Shown here piece after piece: positions 34,101-46,952 of a stretch of DNA of 64,000 bases; position 1 is the stretch's first letter, and each line of letters opens with the position of its first letter. The translations under genes and the position numbers were made by a program. The stretch comes from Gekko japonicus (lineage: Eukaryota). Location: NCBI RefSeq assembly GCF_001447785.1, contig NW_015168051.1, positions 1,204,877 through 1,268,876 on the forward strand, in the 5' to 3' direction. Below the pieces are notes generated by a model that was not told the origin of the DNA, searched no databases, and saw only the letters and a list, made by a program, of their open reading frames with translations.

Positions 34101-37100
34101 CTGCTGCCAGGCCTGGTGCAGGCCCTGAGCTGTACCACTGCTGGATCAGCACAGCTATGGGATTGCTGCCACCAGGCCTGGCACAGCCCCCTTGGCTACG
34201 CTGCTGCTGCCAGGCCCATCCAAGGTGCAGCATGCCCAGGCTGCACAGCTGCTGCTGCCAGTCCCAGCACAGAGCTCTGAGCTGAACATCCACTGCTGAC
34301 TCACCTGAGGTCAGTACTCTACACTTGCACAGAGAACACTGTTTTACATTGGGAGGGGGGTTTAAATTCCCCTGTGTATTTCTTTTTTTATTTAAGAGTT
34401 CCCCAAGTTTGCTGAAGACTCTCTTTAGTCTCCTTGCAGCTCCAATCCTCAGATTTAGCTATCCACAGATGGGGCCCATGGGTGGCTATTAGAATATAAG
34501 ATGATGTGTGAGTAGGAAAAATGTCTCTTACAGGTTTACTTATCACAAGGCTAGAATGAGCATCAGCAGTCTGTCAGATATACACTTGGAGACAGAACTG
34601 CCACATAATATGAAGGATATCCCATAGTTTCAAGGTGCAATGGTACATATTGTTTTAATCCAAATGCATGGAATAATATGCAGAAACAATTTACGTCTGT
34701 AAATGCCAGTAGATGCACATGGCCAGTAGGGAGCCAGCATGCACAGCAGTTTCAGATCCCAAGTATCTTCCTGATACAAGATGTCCCTTTGGTATAGAAA
34801 CAAAGCAAATAAGTATACAACTGTGGCCCCGGTCACATGGGCAGAAAAATGCGGGGGGGGGGAGCGTGGCTGTTTGCCCCGGAGCAAAATACCGCGCGGT
34901 TGCGCGATCAGACGTCCCGTCGAGGTCCCGTGGTTAGGGGGGAGGTGCTGATCACAGGACAATCCTGTGGCGCAGCAAAGAAGCGGCCTCTCTAGCAAAA
35001 GGCTCCGCGGGTTTAACCCCTTCCAGGGCCGCAGAGGAATGCAAACTGTGTCCTCCGTCCGGTCCCCTCCAGGAGGAGCTTCAGCCGAGCCACCCTCCTG
35101 CCACCTCCCCCCTGCACCTCCCCCTCTGCTGCCCGGTGCAGAGAGTTCCTCTCAAGCAGGCCGAACCAGGAGTGGGGTGGGCGGAAAAGAGGAGGGGGTT
35201 GTGTTGTTTGTTTTTAAACGAAGTGTGCGCATGCGCCATTGGTTTCTTGTGTGCATCCCGTGGAGACTTAAAAAAAAAACCTTTAGCGACGGGACATGGG
35301 CGGGCACTGGATGCCACGACCTACCACTGGAAACGCGATCAGGCACCCGCCCTTGCCCCGCGGTTTCTGGAAACTAGTACCTCAGAGGTACTAGTTTTTT
35401 ACCCCGCATCTTCGGCGGGAAGCCTCGGGTTCGCCATGGGAGCTCTACGCTTCCCAGATGTGGCGCTGTGATCGCGCCCTGAAAATCCGCCTATCTTCCG
35501 TCTCTGTAGCATGGCTAATGCTCCGTGTGACCGCAGCCTATGAAACTCAAGTTTAGTAAAACAGCTGTGAATGATTGTGCTCAATTTTGTTGGTGGAGAG
35601 ATGAAAAAATGGGGATGCATTTTAAAAACCTGTGTAAGAAACTGTGATAATGTTGGGGAAATCAGGGGTGCAAGGACCCTTTCATGCACTCCCATTCTCA
35701 TTCATTTTGGGGAAGTAGAGAAGCTGGCTTCCCAATTGCGTCAAGGGAGAGAGAGAGTTGTTCCAAACCAAAACTCAATTTATTCCATTACACACTCTTC
35801 AGTCAAAACACACCTAATGTGCCTTTTCCATTGTTTGTTCTTCTGGCCTCATCTTCCCTTTTGCCCATTGCTGCCAAGGCAGTTTTCATTAAATCATCCT
35901 TCAGCTCTTTAGGAATGTTGGCAGCGAAGAGGTCCAAGGCCTAGAGAGAGATCAGTCTGGTGAAAAGAAGAGTCTGCTGTGGAAGGCTGAAGGATTGCAG
36001 AAGGATCCTCAAAGTTCTTGTCTAGGGCCAGGTTGATTCTCTTGTCACAAGGATCTCTGGGAAGTCAATCTGCTTCAGGTGGAATGACAGTGTTAGAAGT
36101 GAGATCAGCAACAAGAGCATCTCGCCACAAGGAACCTGAAATGGTCAGCCACTTCCAGAACCAAAAATAGAAATGGGAAGTAATCTGGTAGCTGGCCTTG
36201 GGCCTCCTTTTCCATCTTGACAACCTTGCTGAAAACCAATGGGAAATGAAGACCTAGAGAAGAAGATGGTGCATGAAGAAAGGCTGTTGCCCATTCCAGC
36301 CGTTCTATCCAGATCTGGGTCCTTGCTGCATGGAATTTCCAGGATGCAGAGAACTTTGGGAAATAATTTAGGGAAAGCCTCCTGTGGAAAAAGATGAGTT
36401 TTCAGGGTCGTCACCAGTGTTCCCTCTAAGCTGAGTTTGTGTGAGCCAGCTCACAGTTTCTTAGCCTCTGGCTCACACAGTTTTGGCTTCGCTCAAGAAG
36501 GAGGGCTCCAGAGCAAACTGGTTTTTGCAGCAGCCGAATCACCTGCTCACAACTTGAATGCCAGTAGCTCGCAAAGTAGAATTTTTGCTCACAGGACTCC
36601 AGAGCTTAGAGGGAACATTGGTCGTCACCAGGGGCTCCTGTTCTTCAGCGTTCCCCCTCTACCCTAGATGTGAAGGAATCAGATTGTTCTGGGACTTCAG
36701 AGTCTAGGTCCAGTAAGGGACTGTGTTTTCTATGTCATGCGGAGGACAGAGACCTGTACCTGCAGGAATTCCTAGGATTCGGGCTGAGGAGAGGACTGGT
36801 GCATCTGTAGGCCTGGGTATCTCTCTCCTCTCTGCCACCCGCCCCAGCAGGCCTAGGACGAAAGCAAGACCAGCTTCTGCTTCTAGATTTACTTTTATGT
36901 TTGGTTCTTCTGCATTGGATGCCTGATGGTGCTATACTAATTGAGATGCTAATGTCCTTTTGCACCTGTCCCTTAATGCAGGAAGGGAGGTTAGAGTAAG
37001 CATTCTCACCTAATACGTTAGGCAGTGGCAAGTCCCCCAGTTTTTCCTGGCTGGAGGAGTGGTAATCCTGTTCCCTAGAAGGAGAGGAGGAGTGGCTAAA

Positions 37101-40100
37101 CTGGGAGAAAGCCTTCATCTGGTAGGAGATTGGGTGGGAGGCGCCTCTGCTGTGGTCACAGACTCTCCTCCACTGCCTTGGAGGGAACAACAGGAAGAGC
37201 TCCTGGCCAAAGCACAGAGTCCCTGCAGCCTTCTTTCCCTCCAGGGGAGAGAAACTTGGAGGTGGGGGTCTCATTTCAAAGGGACGACCCAACCCTGGCT
37301 CCTGGTGGTTGCTGAAAAAAAAATACTCCCTCCTAAAGACCCTCAAGACAGAGAGGGTGGGGAGAGCTGGAGGCAGAAAGGCTGTGGAGAAAAAGAGTCA
37401 CCAGACTCTTTAACAAGCACAGTTAATGACCACCTGTCTGCTAGTCAGACAAGGCTGAAAAGTGGGAGACTTGAGGGAGAAGCACCCCCTCCCAGTAGGA
37501 GTCATCGAAAAGGTTAATGACCCTGACTCCCTCTTCCCATTGGTTGTGGCTGCTCCACCTTGGACCACCAGAGAACTAGGCTCCTGATTTAACACTCCAA
37601 GTCTCAGGTACGTTAACCAGCAAAGGAACACATATGACTTACATATCTTCTGTGCCTTATGCGAGTGCCATAAAAAGTGGGGAACTGCTGTGTTGCTGCA
37701 TTGGGTGCACATCCATCTTCCCAGGGGTGAGAGGTTCCCCTCTGCATAGTACATTGAAATATGTATAGGACCCAGAAGTCACTTGAGCGCCTGCTGTATT
37801 TGCTTCTGAATAGCTTTCGTAGGTTCCCTATGAGCTGCCTTTGTCCAGGTCTTGTAATGGCTTTTGTGTAACACCCATTTAAAGCCAAATAAAGTAGGGA
37901 ACAATAATGCGTGTGAACACCTGAACTTTTCTCTTAACAGATGCAAGCACACCTACCTCCAACAAGTAAGAGCTGAATTAGAATTTTCTCCTCCTACATG
38001 TTACAGGTTTATTGCAGAAGAAGCTACTGCTGCTGGTTCAGAGTGTGTATTGAGTGCTAGCCCTACCTGGATTATTGACCCAGTTGATGGCACCTGCAAT
38101 TTTGTACACAGGTAAATACATGGATAGTGCAGTGAAACTTGAAGCTTCCACTCCTTACCTCCTGCTTGTTGAAAGATGCTTTTCTATGTCCAACTGTTCA
38201 AATAAAGCATGTGAGCCAGCTTCGTGGTCACAGCTTCTTTGCGTGTCCAGACTTCCATTTATACTGCTTGACTGATTAATTATTACACTACATGAACAGC
38301 CAAAGATAAGGCTATTAATAAAGGAAGAAATACTGCAAATTTTGAATAATCATGTCTGTCACTTGATGTGCTCCTAGGAACAGTGGCAGCACCAAGCTGC
38401 AAGTGAGAAGGAAAATTCCTTGGGGGGGGGAAGCACTGACTAGGACAAGAGTTTAGAGGTACCATCGCTGTCCTGAATGCAATGAGCATGGGGATTGGCA
38501 TCATTTCCATGAGAATGGCAATGTTGGGAAAATTACAAAATAATTTATTTGCTTTATTGCAAGGCTGTATATGATAGGAGATCTTGGAGGTCATTAATTC
38601 ATACCATCATAAGTTAGAAGCAATCTGATGGCACATAATGTATACATAGAAAAAGTCCATATGGACAGACATTTAACTAGACTGGCCCTTGTGCTGGAGC
38701 AGCAGCTGCCTTTTTCTCACAGCCCATTTGTCACTGAAAGTCCACTGGCTGATGGGTACAATGGCTATAAGAATGGCTCCCAGCTCCTTCTGCAGCATCC
38801 TACAGTTAAAAGGAAGTAAATTCCTGCGAATCCAGGCAGTGTTGCCTATCTCTGCCATCTGACGTGGGAAGTTCATTGCTCTGCTGCTTTGTAAGATCGT
38901 GAAAAAACTGTTGCTCAGCTTTATTGTGAAACCATCATTTTAAAAAATGCTGTGTTATGAGTAGTTAAAAGGTAAAAATTGACAGGGACAGCTTTGCTGA
39001 TATACACAAATAATGAAGATCCTATAAAAATGTAAACTGGAAACCAGGGACAACATTGCTAGTAGCTGAAGATGCCGAAAGTCTGTGTATTAAAAAAGTA
39101 TTAACAAATACAACCTCTTTTATTTGCACAGGTTTCCAACTGTGGCTGTTAGCATTGGATTTGCTGTTAATCAAGAGGTATAAGCTAATGTTCTGTAAGT
39201 TGGTAAGATAGGCTTTTGCTGCCAACAGCTAGGGATAAACATAAAGCTTTACCAAATACCCTGTGATTCTGATGCTGTCAAAATGCAACTTTAACAAATA
39301 TAGACTTAATGTTGATTACACCTTTTAGGCTGTGGCTAGGTTCAGGTCAGTGATGATTTGAAGAAAGCAAGGTTCAAGTCCATGTGCTGGGTGTTAACAC
39401 CCAAACCAGAGCCCTTCAGTGTTCTGTGCAGTTTAACCAAAGCTTTTACTGTGATATGCCATTAGTTGGTTTAACGGTGGTAACGGTATGTACAAGTTTC
39501 TAGCCCACAGTGACAGCTGAGTCCTTAATGCAGAGACTAATTTGTCATGAGGTATTCTTACCTTGTGATTTTAAACATACTCTTTAAAAAGTAGAGTCCA
39601 TTGGAATCAGTGAAGCTACAAGTAAATGCGTTTAGTAGGGGAGTCCCACCACAGCTTCAACAGAGTATGTGTTTGTTATTTACTTGAGGGGGCTTGCAGT
39701 TGCCCTGGTGCAACTAATTGGGTGACAAACTTAGTTGCCTTTCTCATTGCCACATGCTTGCACGTCGAAGCAGAATTTGTAGCTGTGTATAAACGTGCAA
39801 CGAGCCTTCACCACCATTGTTACGCATGTGAAGCCTTCTGCTCAAGGAACCTTCTCCCCCCCCCCCCCCCCCCCCCAGCTCCTTTAAAAAGACCTGGTCT
39901 TGAACAGTATTGATTAGCTTAACCCCTCCTGCTAACTGTCTGATTCTTTTGTCAGTCATGAAACTCCTTGCCTCTGTACTTCTCTTGACCAGTTTTAAAG
40001 GGGAAATACTTAGAGGAAGAAGATCAAGCACTGTAGACATTTTAACTGGGTAAACATGCAGGTGATTTGAGGAGGAAACGGTCCACTTGTTGCTGTTCCC

Positions 40101-43100
40101 TCCCCTACTTCAGTCATCTTTCACTTGGGGGCCAGTAGGGGAAAACCTCTAACTTTTTCCTGTCTCAGGCTACAGTTGAATGCAGCTGCAGGCGATAGTC
40201 AGCTATCATATCTCTGCCCTTTAAGGGCAGAGTAGCTGTGGCCACTGGTAGGAAAATAAAATGTGGTGTGCTTCTTCTCCTCTCCTCCACTCCGTAATGT
40301 AGAACAGGAAGGAGAGCACACTGTGAGGAAAGCATTTAAAACTGGGATTCATCCAAGATTCACCAGTGTGAACCAGTGATGAGTGACAAAGGACAAAACG
40401 GGCTTAGCAGAAAATTTGGCCAAGACGAGCAGGATCTGACGGACTTGGGCTTCATCCTTCTAGCTTTTTTAGCCACCATGGATCGTCCTGTGTATATTGC
40501 AGCCTCATGTGCCTGCAGTTTCATAGGTGGAACTGCACTGATCTTTCAAGACTCGGGTCTGCCACTGATGCAAGTAGTTCTGCTCTTTAAATGGGATTGC
40601 AAAGGTCAGTTCTGTGTCACCATTAGTACAAGTTACCATTTCAATAATGGAGACTGAGTTGATGAGTATCCCAACAATAAGCAGCTACTGACCATAACAG
40701 CTGCCATACAGAAAGAAGCTTGTAAACCCTTCATGTCCTAACATGAGAGAGCTGCTCATCCTGGTAAGAATTCCTTTGTCCCCAGTGTTCCTGGCAAAGG
40801 CTGGGAAGCTTCATGAGATGGTGGAACGTAGATAGTGAGTTGCTCTTGCTTGTTATGAAGAGCACTGAGCAGCTTGTCAAGTAGCTTCCCTGTGATGGCT
40901 GTATGATAAGGATCATCCCTAAGATTAAAGAGATGTAATAGCTGCCTATTAAATGTTGTATGCTATAGGAAATTTTAGAGCAATTAAAATCAGTTTTTTC
41001 ATCTATAGCATGAACTATCATTATTTATATGCATATGATCGCAATCTGTAAGTTGTTTATACTGCTTAATATAATGCAAGTTGCATCCATGTTTTTTCCC
41101 TTTCTCAAAATATTAAAGCTTGAATTTGGTGTAATTTATCACTGCATTGAAGAGCGATTATACACTGGTAGAAGAGGTCAAGGGGCATATTGTAATGACA
41201 AAAGGCTTCAAGTATCAAAAGCAACAGGTTGGTTTAGATTTTGTTGGTATTCTACAGTTATAATATTTATTTTTAGAGGGTGGTTGCTAGTTCTAGATAG
41301 GCTTCTCATGCATCTTTTATTATCACTTCAATAATGCAAACAATAGTCTTTGTTTTCTCTGTTGTATCTTAACAATTCTGCTTAAATGTAACAAATAAAA
41401 CAGTCTTTTATAAATCATGGTAAACTTAGCTACGTTGGGACCAATGATCCATGTTTAATTGAATGGCTCTGCAGTTCTTCAATGGCAGGTGAGTAAATAT
41501 AGCTGAGCTAATGTAATATATACTTAGTTGAACTATTTTGTCTGGTGCTGGCATAAGAAGAATCCATACAGTTGCCATGCTATTATATTAAGTCAGGGGT
41601 CTGTAACAGAAAGCTCATGAGCTACCAGTACCTCACTAGCTGCTCATGCATCCCCTATGTGATCCGGAAAAAGATCACAAAAATATCTGCTCTAGCCTTT
41701 TTTAAACAGCCTTTATTACTTAGGATTTTTCTCTGTGCTTGCTTAGTTGATAGAAGAGCACCAGAAATGAAGCTTAGTCCTTGTTTGTTTTTACGAGAAA
41801 ACAAAACTTGATAACATACCATGTGCGTATGCATGCATGAAAAAGAGTTTTACTATAGAACTTTCAAAATAGGTTAAAAATATAAATTTAAAAATACTAC
41901 TTGGAAAAACTGTTTAACTAATACAAACCTGCCATTGTTTTACAGACATTTCAAAGGCCCTGATCTTAACAGAGATTGGTCCAAAACGAGACACTGAGAC
42001 ACTGAAACTATTTCTTAGTAACATGGAGAGGCTACTCAGGGCCCAAGCTCATGGGTAAGAATTTTCCTACAATGCTCATAGGCCTTCATTAAACAAAATC
42101 AAAACAGACCGTTTTATAAACACTTCGTTAATCAGTCATCCATTGAAATCCGATAAACCCAAATGAAAGCTTTGCAGGTATTCTAATACCAAGTAACAGA
42201 GCTCCCAATGAACCTAGTCTTCACTATTCAAGGCTTATCACGCACAGAAGTTCCTTGGCACTGTCTCCAACGTTGGAGTCAGCACAAAAGCTTTGCTTTG
42301 TGAATGAGATGCACAGATAATTCCATGTTGCAATATCAGCATGGATACGTAAATAATACAGTAGCACATATATCATAAATTGTAAAGATGAGGCAAATAC
42401 TGAGACAGGTATGTGTTATATCAATATCTTGAAAAACAATGTCCTAAAACTTGATCTGTGTTGTGCCAGCTGTACATGTATAATAGCATTATGCAAAACT
42501 GATGACATATTTTCTAAAATCGCTTCATAGACAGGTTTTGTCTCCAGTTTTTATCAAGAGTTTTGTTGTGTTCACAAAAGTGTTCTATCTTTGCTGCCTG
42601 ACCTCCCCTTCCCACTTGTCTACTGCAGGATTCGTGTAATTGGAAGTTCTACTTTAGCACTCTGCCACTTAGCATCTGGTGCTGCAGATGCCTATTATCA
42701 GTTTGGCTTGCATTGCTGGGACTTGGCTGCAGCTACTGTTATTATCAGAGAGGCGGGTGGTGTTGTCATAGATACTTCAGGTAAGCAAAATACACTGTTA
42801 GGTGGAAGCAGTATAGACGCCATGTTTTTAAAAGCACATACTTTTGCTTTATTTATATTCCGTCTCACTGAAATTCAAGGTGGATTACACAGTGCAAGTC
42901 AATGCAATCAATAGGATGAAACATTTAATAAGCAATGTAATAGGACAGGGGATTGCAGAAATCTGAACAAAGCATAAATATCAAACATGATGTTGTACAT
43001 GATGTAAATGGTATTATATAAGTAGAAATACAATACACTGAGAACAAAATACTGTACACAACAACAGATAACGTATACCATACACAGTAGTAAAATCCAC

Positions 43101-46100
43101 AGATCTGTTCCCTTCCCTGAAACACCTGGACCATTCTGTCATAATATAGCCCTATCATCTCTATAAAAATGTGCTCCTGAACAATTCTGTTTTATATAGT
43201 TTGCAAAATGCCAGAAACTTGGGAGCCTTCTCAGATCTCCTCAGGCAGACCATTCCATGGTGGGAGGTACTACAGAGAATGCACATCTACAGGCACTTGT
43301 TGATCTTGCCCATCTGTTGGTCTGCAGAAGGCTATGCTTGGATGATGTGGTGGGGCATAGGAGAGGAAGTCATGCAGATATGCGGATCCAGGGTCATGTG
43401 ATGGTCAATACCTTGAAATTAATCCAGTGGCTGATGGGTAGATAATGGAGCTGCAGCATTTTGTACCATCTGGAGTCTCCCAAGTTGACTTCAAGGCAAG
43501 ACCTAGGTAGAGTGCATTGCAGTAATCTAGTCTCAGTGTAGCAGTGGCATGGCTCCAGGTGGCCAGATCAGCTGAGTCAAGGTAGGGTGCAATCTCCTGG
43601 GCTGAACTAATCTGGAAGAAAGCATTTTTTTCCCAGCTGCATTAACTGCTTCTCCAGCAGTAATGTTAGGTCCAGTATATCCCCAGGGCTCTTAAATTGA
43701 GTCAGCCGAAGGCCAGCTAAACCTGCCTTTAAGACCTGAGGCTTTCCAACCTGCCTTACATCTGCCTTCTTCGGGTTCCATTTCAATTTGTTCACTCTCA
43801 GCCATTTGATGGCAGTCAGGATGTCTATTGTGTCGCCAGGAGATTTTGATAGAGAGCTTGCTGTCATCAGTATATTGATGGCATCCAATTCCAAAACAAT
43901 GAATGATTTCTCCTAAGGGCTTTACAGAGAGAGTGAATAGTGTGGAGGACAAGACTGGGCCCTGATGAACCCCACAGGACAAACCCCAAAGTGAGAACTG
44001 GTCTCCAGCAGCAACTCCTTGAGTCCTGTCCATAAGGGATGATTTAAACCAGTCCAAAACACATCCCCAATACCTGCTTCTACCTGCAAACATTTAAACA
44101 AGATGTCTACTGTATCAAAGGCAGCAGCTAAATCCTGTAGGAGCTGTCCTTGCCCAAGGGAATTTGAATGCATGTGAGAGCGCTTGCCCCTCCTGTCCTG
44201 CTGTACAGGGTAGTGGGCCACCACTCAAACTGTGTCCTTCCTTTTTTCTGTTGGTGGATTGAGGGCACAGATAGGGCTATGTGCATCTCTGTGTGTGTGT
44301 GTACTGTCTTACACACCCCTCCCTCCTGGTCAGCTGTCTATAGGCTAGTCAGGAGTTTCTAGTCCATGTGTGGAATGAGCAGTCAGGTACATGGACTGGA
44401 GTCAAAAATCTCACCTGAGATCTTTAAAAAAAGATCTTTGTTCAGTGAAATACACACTCAATTGATGATGCACAAGGCATTGGAAAACTATATCAAAACA
44501 CTACATGGTAATACAGACTAAGAAAACAGCATCAAACATGAGGTTAAGTAGGTTATATGGCCACTGATGTTACCTTGGCATTCCCTTCTGTAGAATGGAT
44601 AGAGACCTGTAGGAACTTTGAAAATAGACGCTGGTCAAGACGGACATAACTCTATTCACTCCCTTTGTTCATGTGCTGCTGGCAGGATGTTCAGACCATT
44701 TCACTCTTCCTGTCCCAACTGAGCAGGCAAGGCGGGATATAAATCTAAAATAATAAAGTAAATAAATCATGAAATTTGGAGTGGTCCCACATGTACCATT
44801 CTGCACCCCTTTCCCCAATCAAGGTACACAGTCACAACGTTTTATGACCCCCACTCACTATATCCAAATAGCCATCTATCTTGGCCCCTCCTGATAGGTG
44901 GGCATATGGTCATTCCCATCCTGCCTATCTGTCTCCATGAAGGAAATTCATCTCTTTTGGGAATCAGAGATATTTATAGCTCCATTCTCAGAGAGACAAT
45001 GTTTTCTCTGAGAACAGTCATGACTTGGCTGTTGTAATGATAGCAGAGACATAACACTTCATCATTGTTTCTACTGCTTCATAGGTCTTCCAATGAGGTC
45101 TATAGGATGCCCTGTCAGATTCAGTACCTGATTTTCTGTCAGCATTGTTCTGAAGTTCTCCCAGTCCTCTTCATGTGTCACTGAGCTCTGTGGTAAATCA
45201 TAAGGCCAGCTTCCACCCCAAGAGCAGGAGAGGTCAATGAAAGACAATTTTGTCAGCAGCTTCTAAGAGTTTCACTCTCCAAGTTCCCACCACAGCCCAA
45301 CCAGAGTATGTGTTTGGAATTCTACAATCCCCCAGAGCATTCTAGAATCCAGTGGGATTCATAAGGCTCTGGGTGGACCATTTTAAGTGGGCCCCTCTCC
45401 AGCAGGGTATTGGAGCCACATTTCACCTTTGCCTTGATTAGACAGTCGTCATACCATGACTGAGGCCAAATATCCAACCCCAAAACCAAACCTTCCCTCA
45501 AAGACTCGGTTCAAACATTTAAACCCTAAGGTTGGATCTCTTTCATGGGTTTGGCCTGTCATGATTTGAGAGAGGCCCATGTCAGCCATATAAAATTCTG
45601 GGCTGGCCCTGGTGAGGAACCCACAGCCATAAGGGTTGAAGTCCCCTAGTACAATCAGTCCATGAGTCTCTAGCATCACACCCAAGAGTATCCCCATCAA
45701 CTCAGTCAGGGTGCCTACTGGGAAAATAGATATTTGGTAGACAAGCAGAATGTCTAATCCTTAGTCCCCAATTTAAGGAGCATACAATTAGTGTCAGTGA
45801 TAGATTGTACTAGGTGTCTTTGAAAATTGAAGGACTACAACCTTCTCCCTGGCCACTAGCATGGGGTTGATGGATGGCATACTCCGGGGAGTTAATTGGG
45901 ATAAACGCTCCACATCATTTTCTTCCAACCATGTCTCTGTTACACAAACCAGGTCAACTTTCTCTTCTTGTAATAGCCTGGATAGGAATGCAGTGCAATT
46001 TTGTGCCTCTCTGACCTGGTACTGTATACTATTATTGAAGAAGTAGAGGAAATAGGGGACCTTGTATCAGCATCACTTTAAATATTAGATAAGAAGAAAG

Positions 46101-46952
46101 CGTTCTTGCTTTGAAAATTCCTTCCCCCATATCTGCCTGCTCCCATCTGCACTCAAAAAACACATTCATTAAACAGTCCACCCCAGACATCAGTTGCCAC
46201 CTTTCTAGTTCATGGGAGGGATAAGTGATGATGGTGCTAATGATAGTGTTAGGCTCCTTCCTCCTGTTTTAGTGGATCCAGATTATTATCCAAGATGACA
46301 GGGAGAATGCATATTACTTCCTGAGCAGACACTGTACAGACATGAGGACGAAGAAATATATTTTAAATCCCAGTTAATAATATTTAAACGTGTTTTTTCC
46401 CCGTTTTAACTTTGCAAGCAATCCTAATTTAGCAGCTGGTTGTTTTTCTGTACATAAGTGAATTGCACTCATCATCAATGTTCCCTCTAAGCTGTGGAGT
46501 CTTGTGAGCAAAAATTCTACTTCGTGAGCTACTGCCATTAAAGTTGTGAGCGAGTGATTTGGCTACTGCATAAACCAGTTTGCTCTGGAGCCATCCTTCC
46601 TGAGCTAAGACAAAAATGTGTGAGCCGGAGGCTAAAAACCTGTGAGCTAGCTCACACTAACTCAGCTTAGAGGGAACACTGCTCATCATCCCCTAAGTAT
46701 TTGTTCCTTCATGTACCCACAGTGAAATGCAGGAAATGGTTTGAACCTTCCTTGTGCCCTGTGTGGAGGGGTAGGTTTGCACAGCACTAATGAATCTAAG
46801 TGACATTTTCTGTGATCCGATTCCTCTTCTTTATAGGTGGCCCTCTAGACCTAATGTCATGCCGAGTGATTGCTGCAGGTACCCAAGAAATGGCTGCATT
46901 CATATCTCAGCAAATACAGACTATTCATTATAGAAGAGATGATGAGAGTTGA
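30669..46952 (+). CDS. IMPA2: Inositol monophosphatase 2, complete, 291 aa; exons 30669-30773, 32663-32796, 38007-38111, 39132-39177, 41119-41227, 41946-42054, 42629-42780, 46837-46952
   Basis: MKPSGEQ...PWKECVEAAVQLALRAGQ|IIRKAFTEEK...DLVTETD...|FIAEE...WIIDPVDGTCNFVHR|FPTVAVSIG...|...GLHCWDLAAA...|GGPLDLMSCRVIAAGT...RDDES*. IMPase signature motifs present; 876 nt in frame; GT-AG introns; synteny with MPPE1 and CIDEA. Confidence 0.98.
32663..32796 (+). CDS. IMPA2: IMPA2 exon 2
   Basis: IIRKAFTEEKQVSTKTSAADLVTETDHFVENLIVSALKEKFPSH. Confidence 0.97.
34825..35538. mobile_element. Same Harbinger-like MITE family, longer internal region
   Basis: Same TIRs and body as 2231-2750, plus about 190 bp of extra internal sequence. 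Confidence 0.7.
36415..36620 (+). mobile_element. hAT-type MITE
   Basis: TIRs CAGTGTTCCCTCTAAG / CTTAGAGGGAACATTG; 8-bp TSD gtcgtcac. Confidence 0.9.
38007..38111 (+). CDS. IMPA2: IMPA2 exon 3
   Basis: FIAEEATAAGSECVLSASPTWIIDPVDGTCNFVH. Confidence 0.97.
39132..39177 (+). CDS. IMPA2: IMPA2 exon 4
   Basis: FPTVAVSIGFAVNQE. Confidence 0.95.
41119..41227 (+). CDS. IMPA2: IMPA2 exon 5
   Basis: LEFGVIYHCIEERLYTGRRGQGAYCNDKRLQVSKAT; AAG acceptor. Confidence 0.95.
41946..42054 (+). CDS. IMPA2: IMPA2 exon 6
   Basis: DISKALILTEIGPKRDTETLKLFLSNMERLLRAQAHG. Confidence 0.97.
42629..42780 (+). CDS. IMPA2: IMPA2 exon 7
   Basis: IRVIGSSTLALCHLASGAADAYYQFGLHCWDLAAATVIIREAGGVVIDTS. Confidence 0.97.
42845..46000 (-). 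mobile_element. Degenerate L2/CR1-clade LINE fragments in IMPA2 intron 7
   Basis: Frameshifted RT motifs (DLAAAFDTVD, VLDWFKSSL, GVHQGPVLSSTLF, HQYTDD) at about 43600-44140; endonuclease motif LIVLGDFN at about 45640. Confidence 0.8.
46476..46681 (-). mobile_element. hAT-type MITE
   Basis: Same TIRs; 8-bp TSD ctcatcat. Confidence 0.9.
46837..46952 (+). CDS. IMPA2: IMPA2 exon 8 (to stop)
   Basis: GGPLDLMSCRVIAAGTQEMAAFISQQIQTIHYRRDDES*; first AATAAA at 47163-47168. Confidence 0.97.

Noticed and set aside
35900-37750. ORFs of 150-200 aa in IMPA2 intron 2
   Set aside because: No recognisable domains; probably a decayed retroelement, family not assignable.
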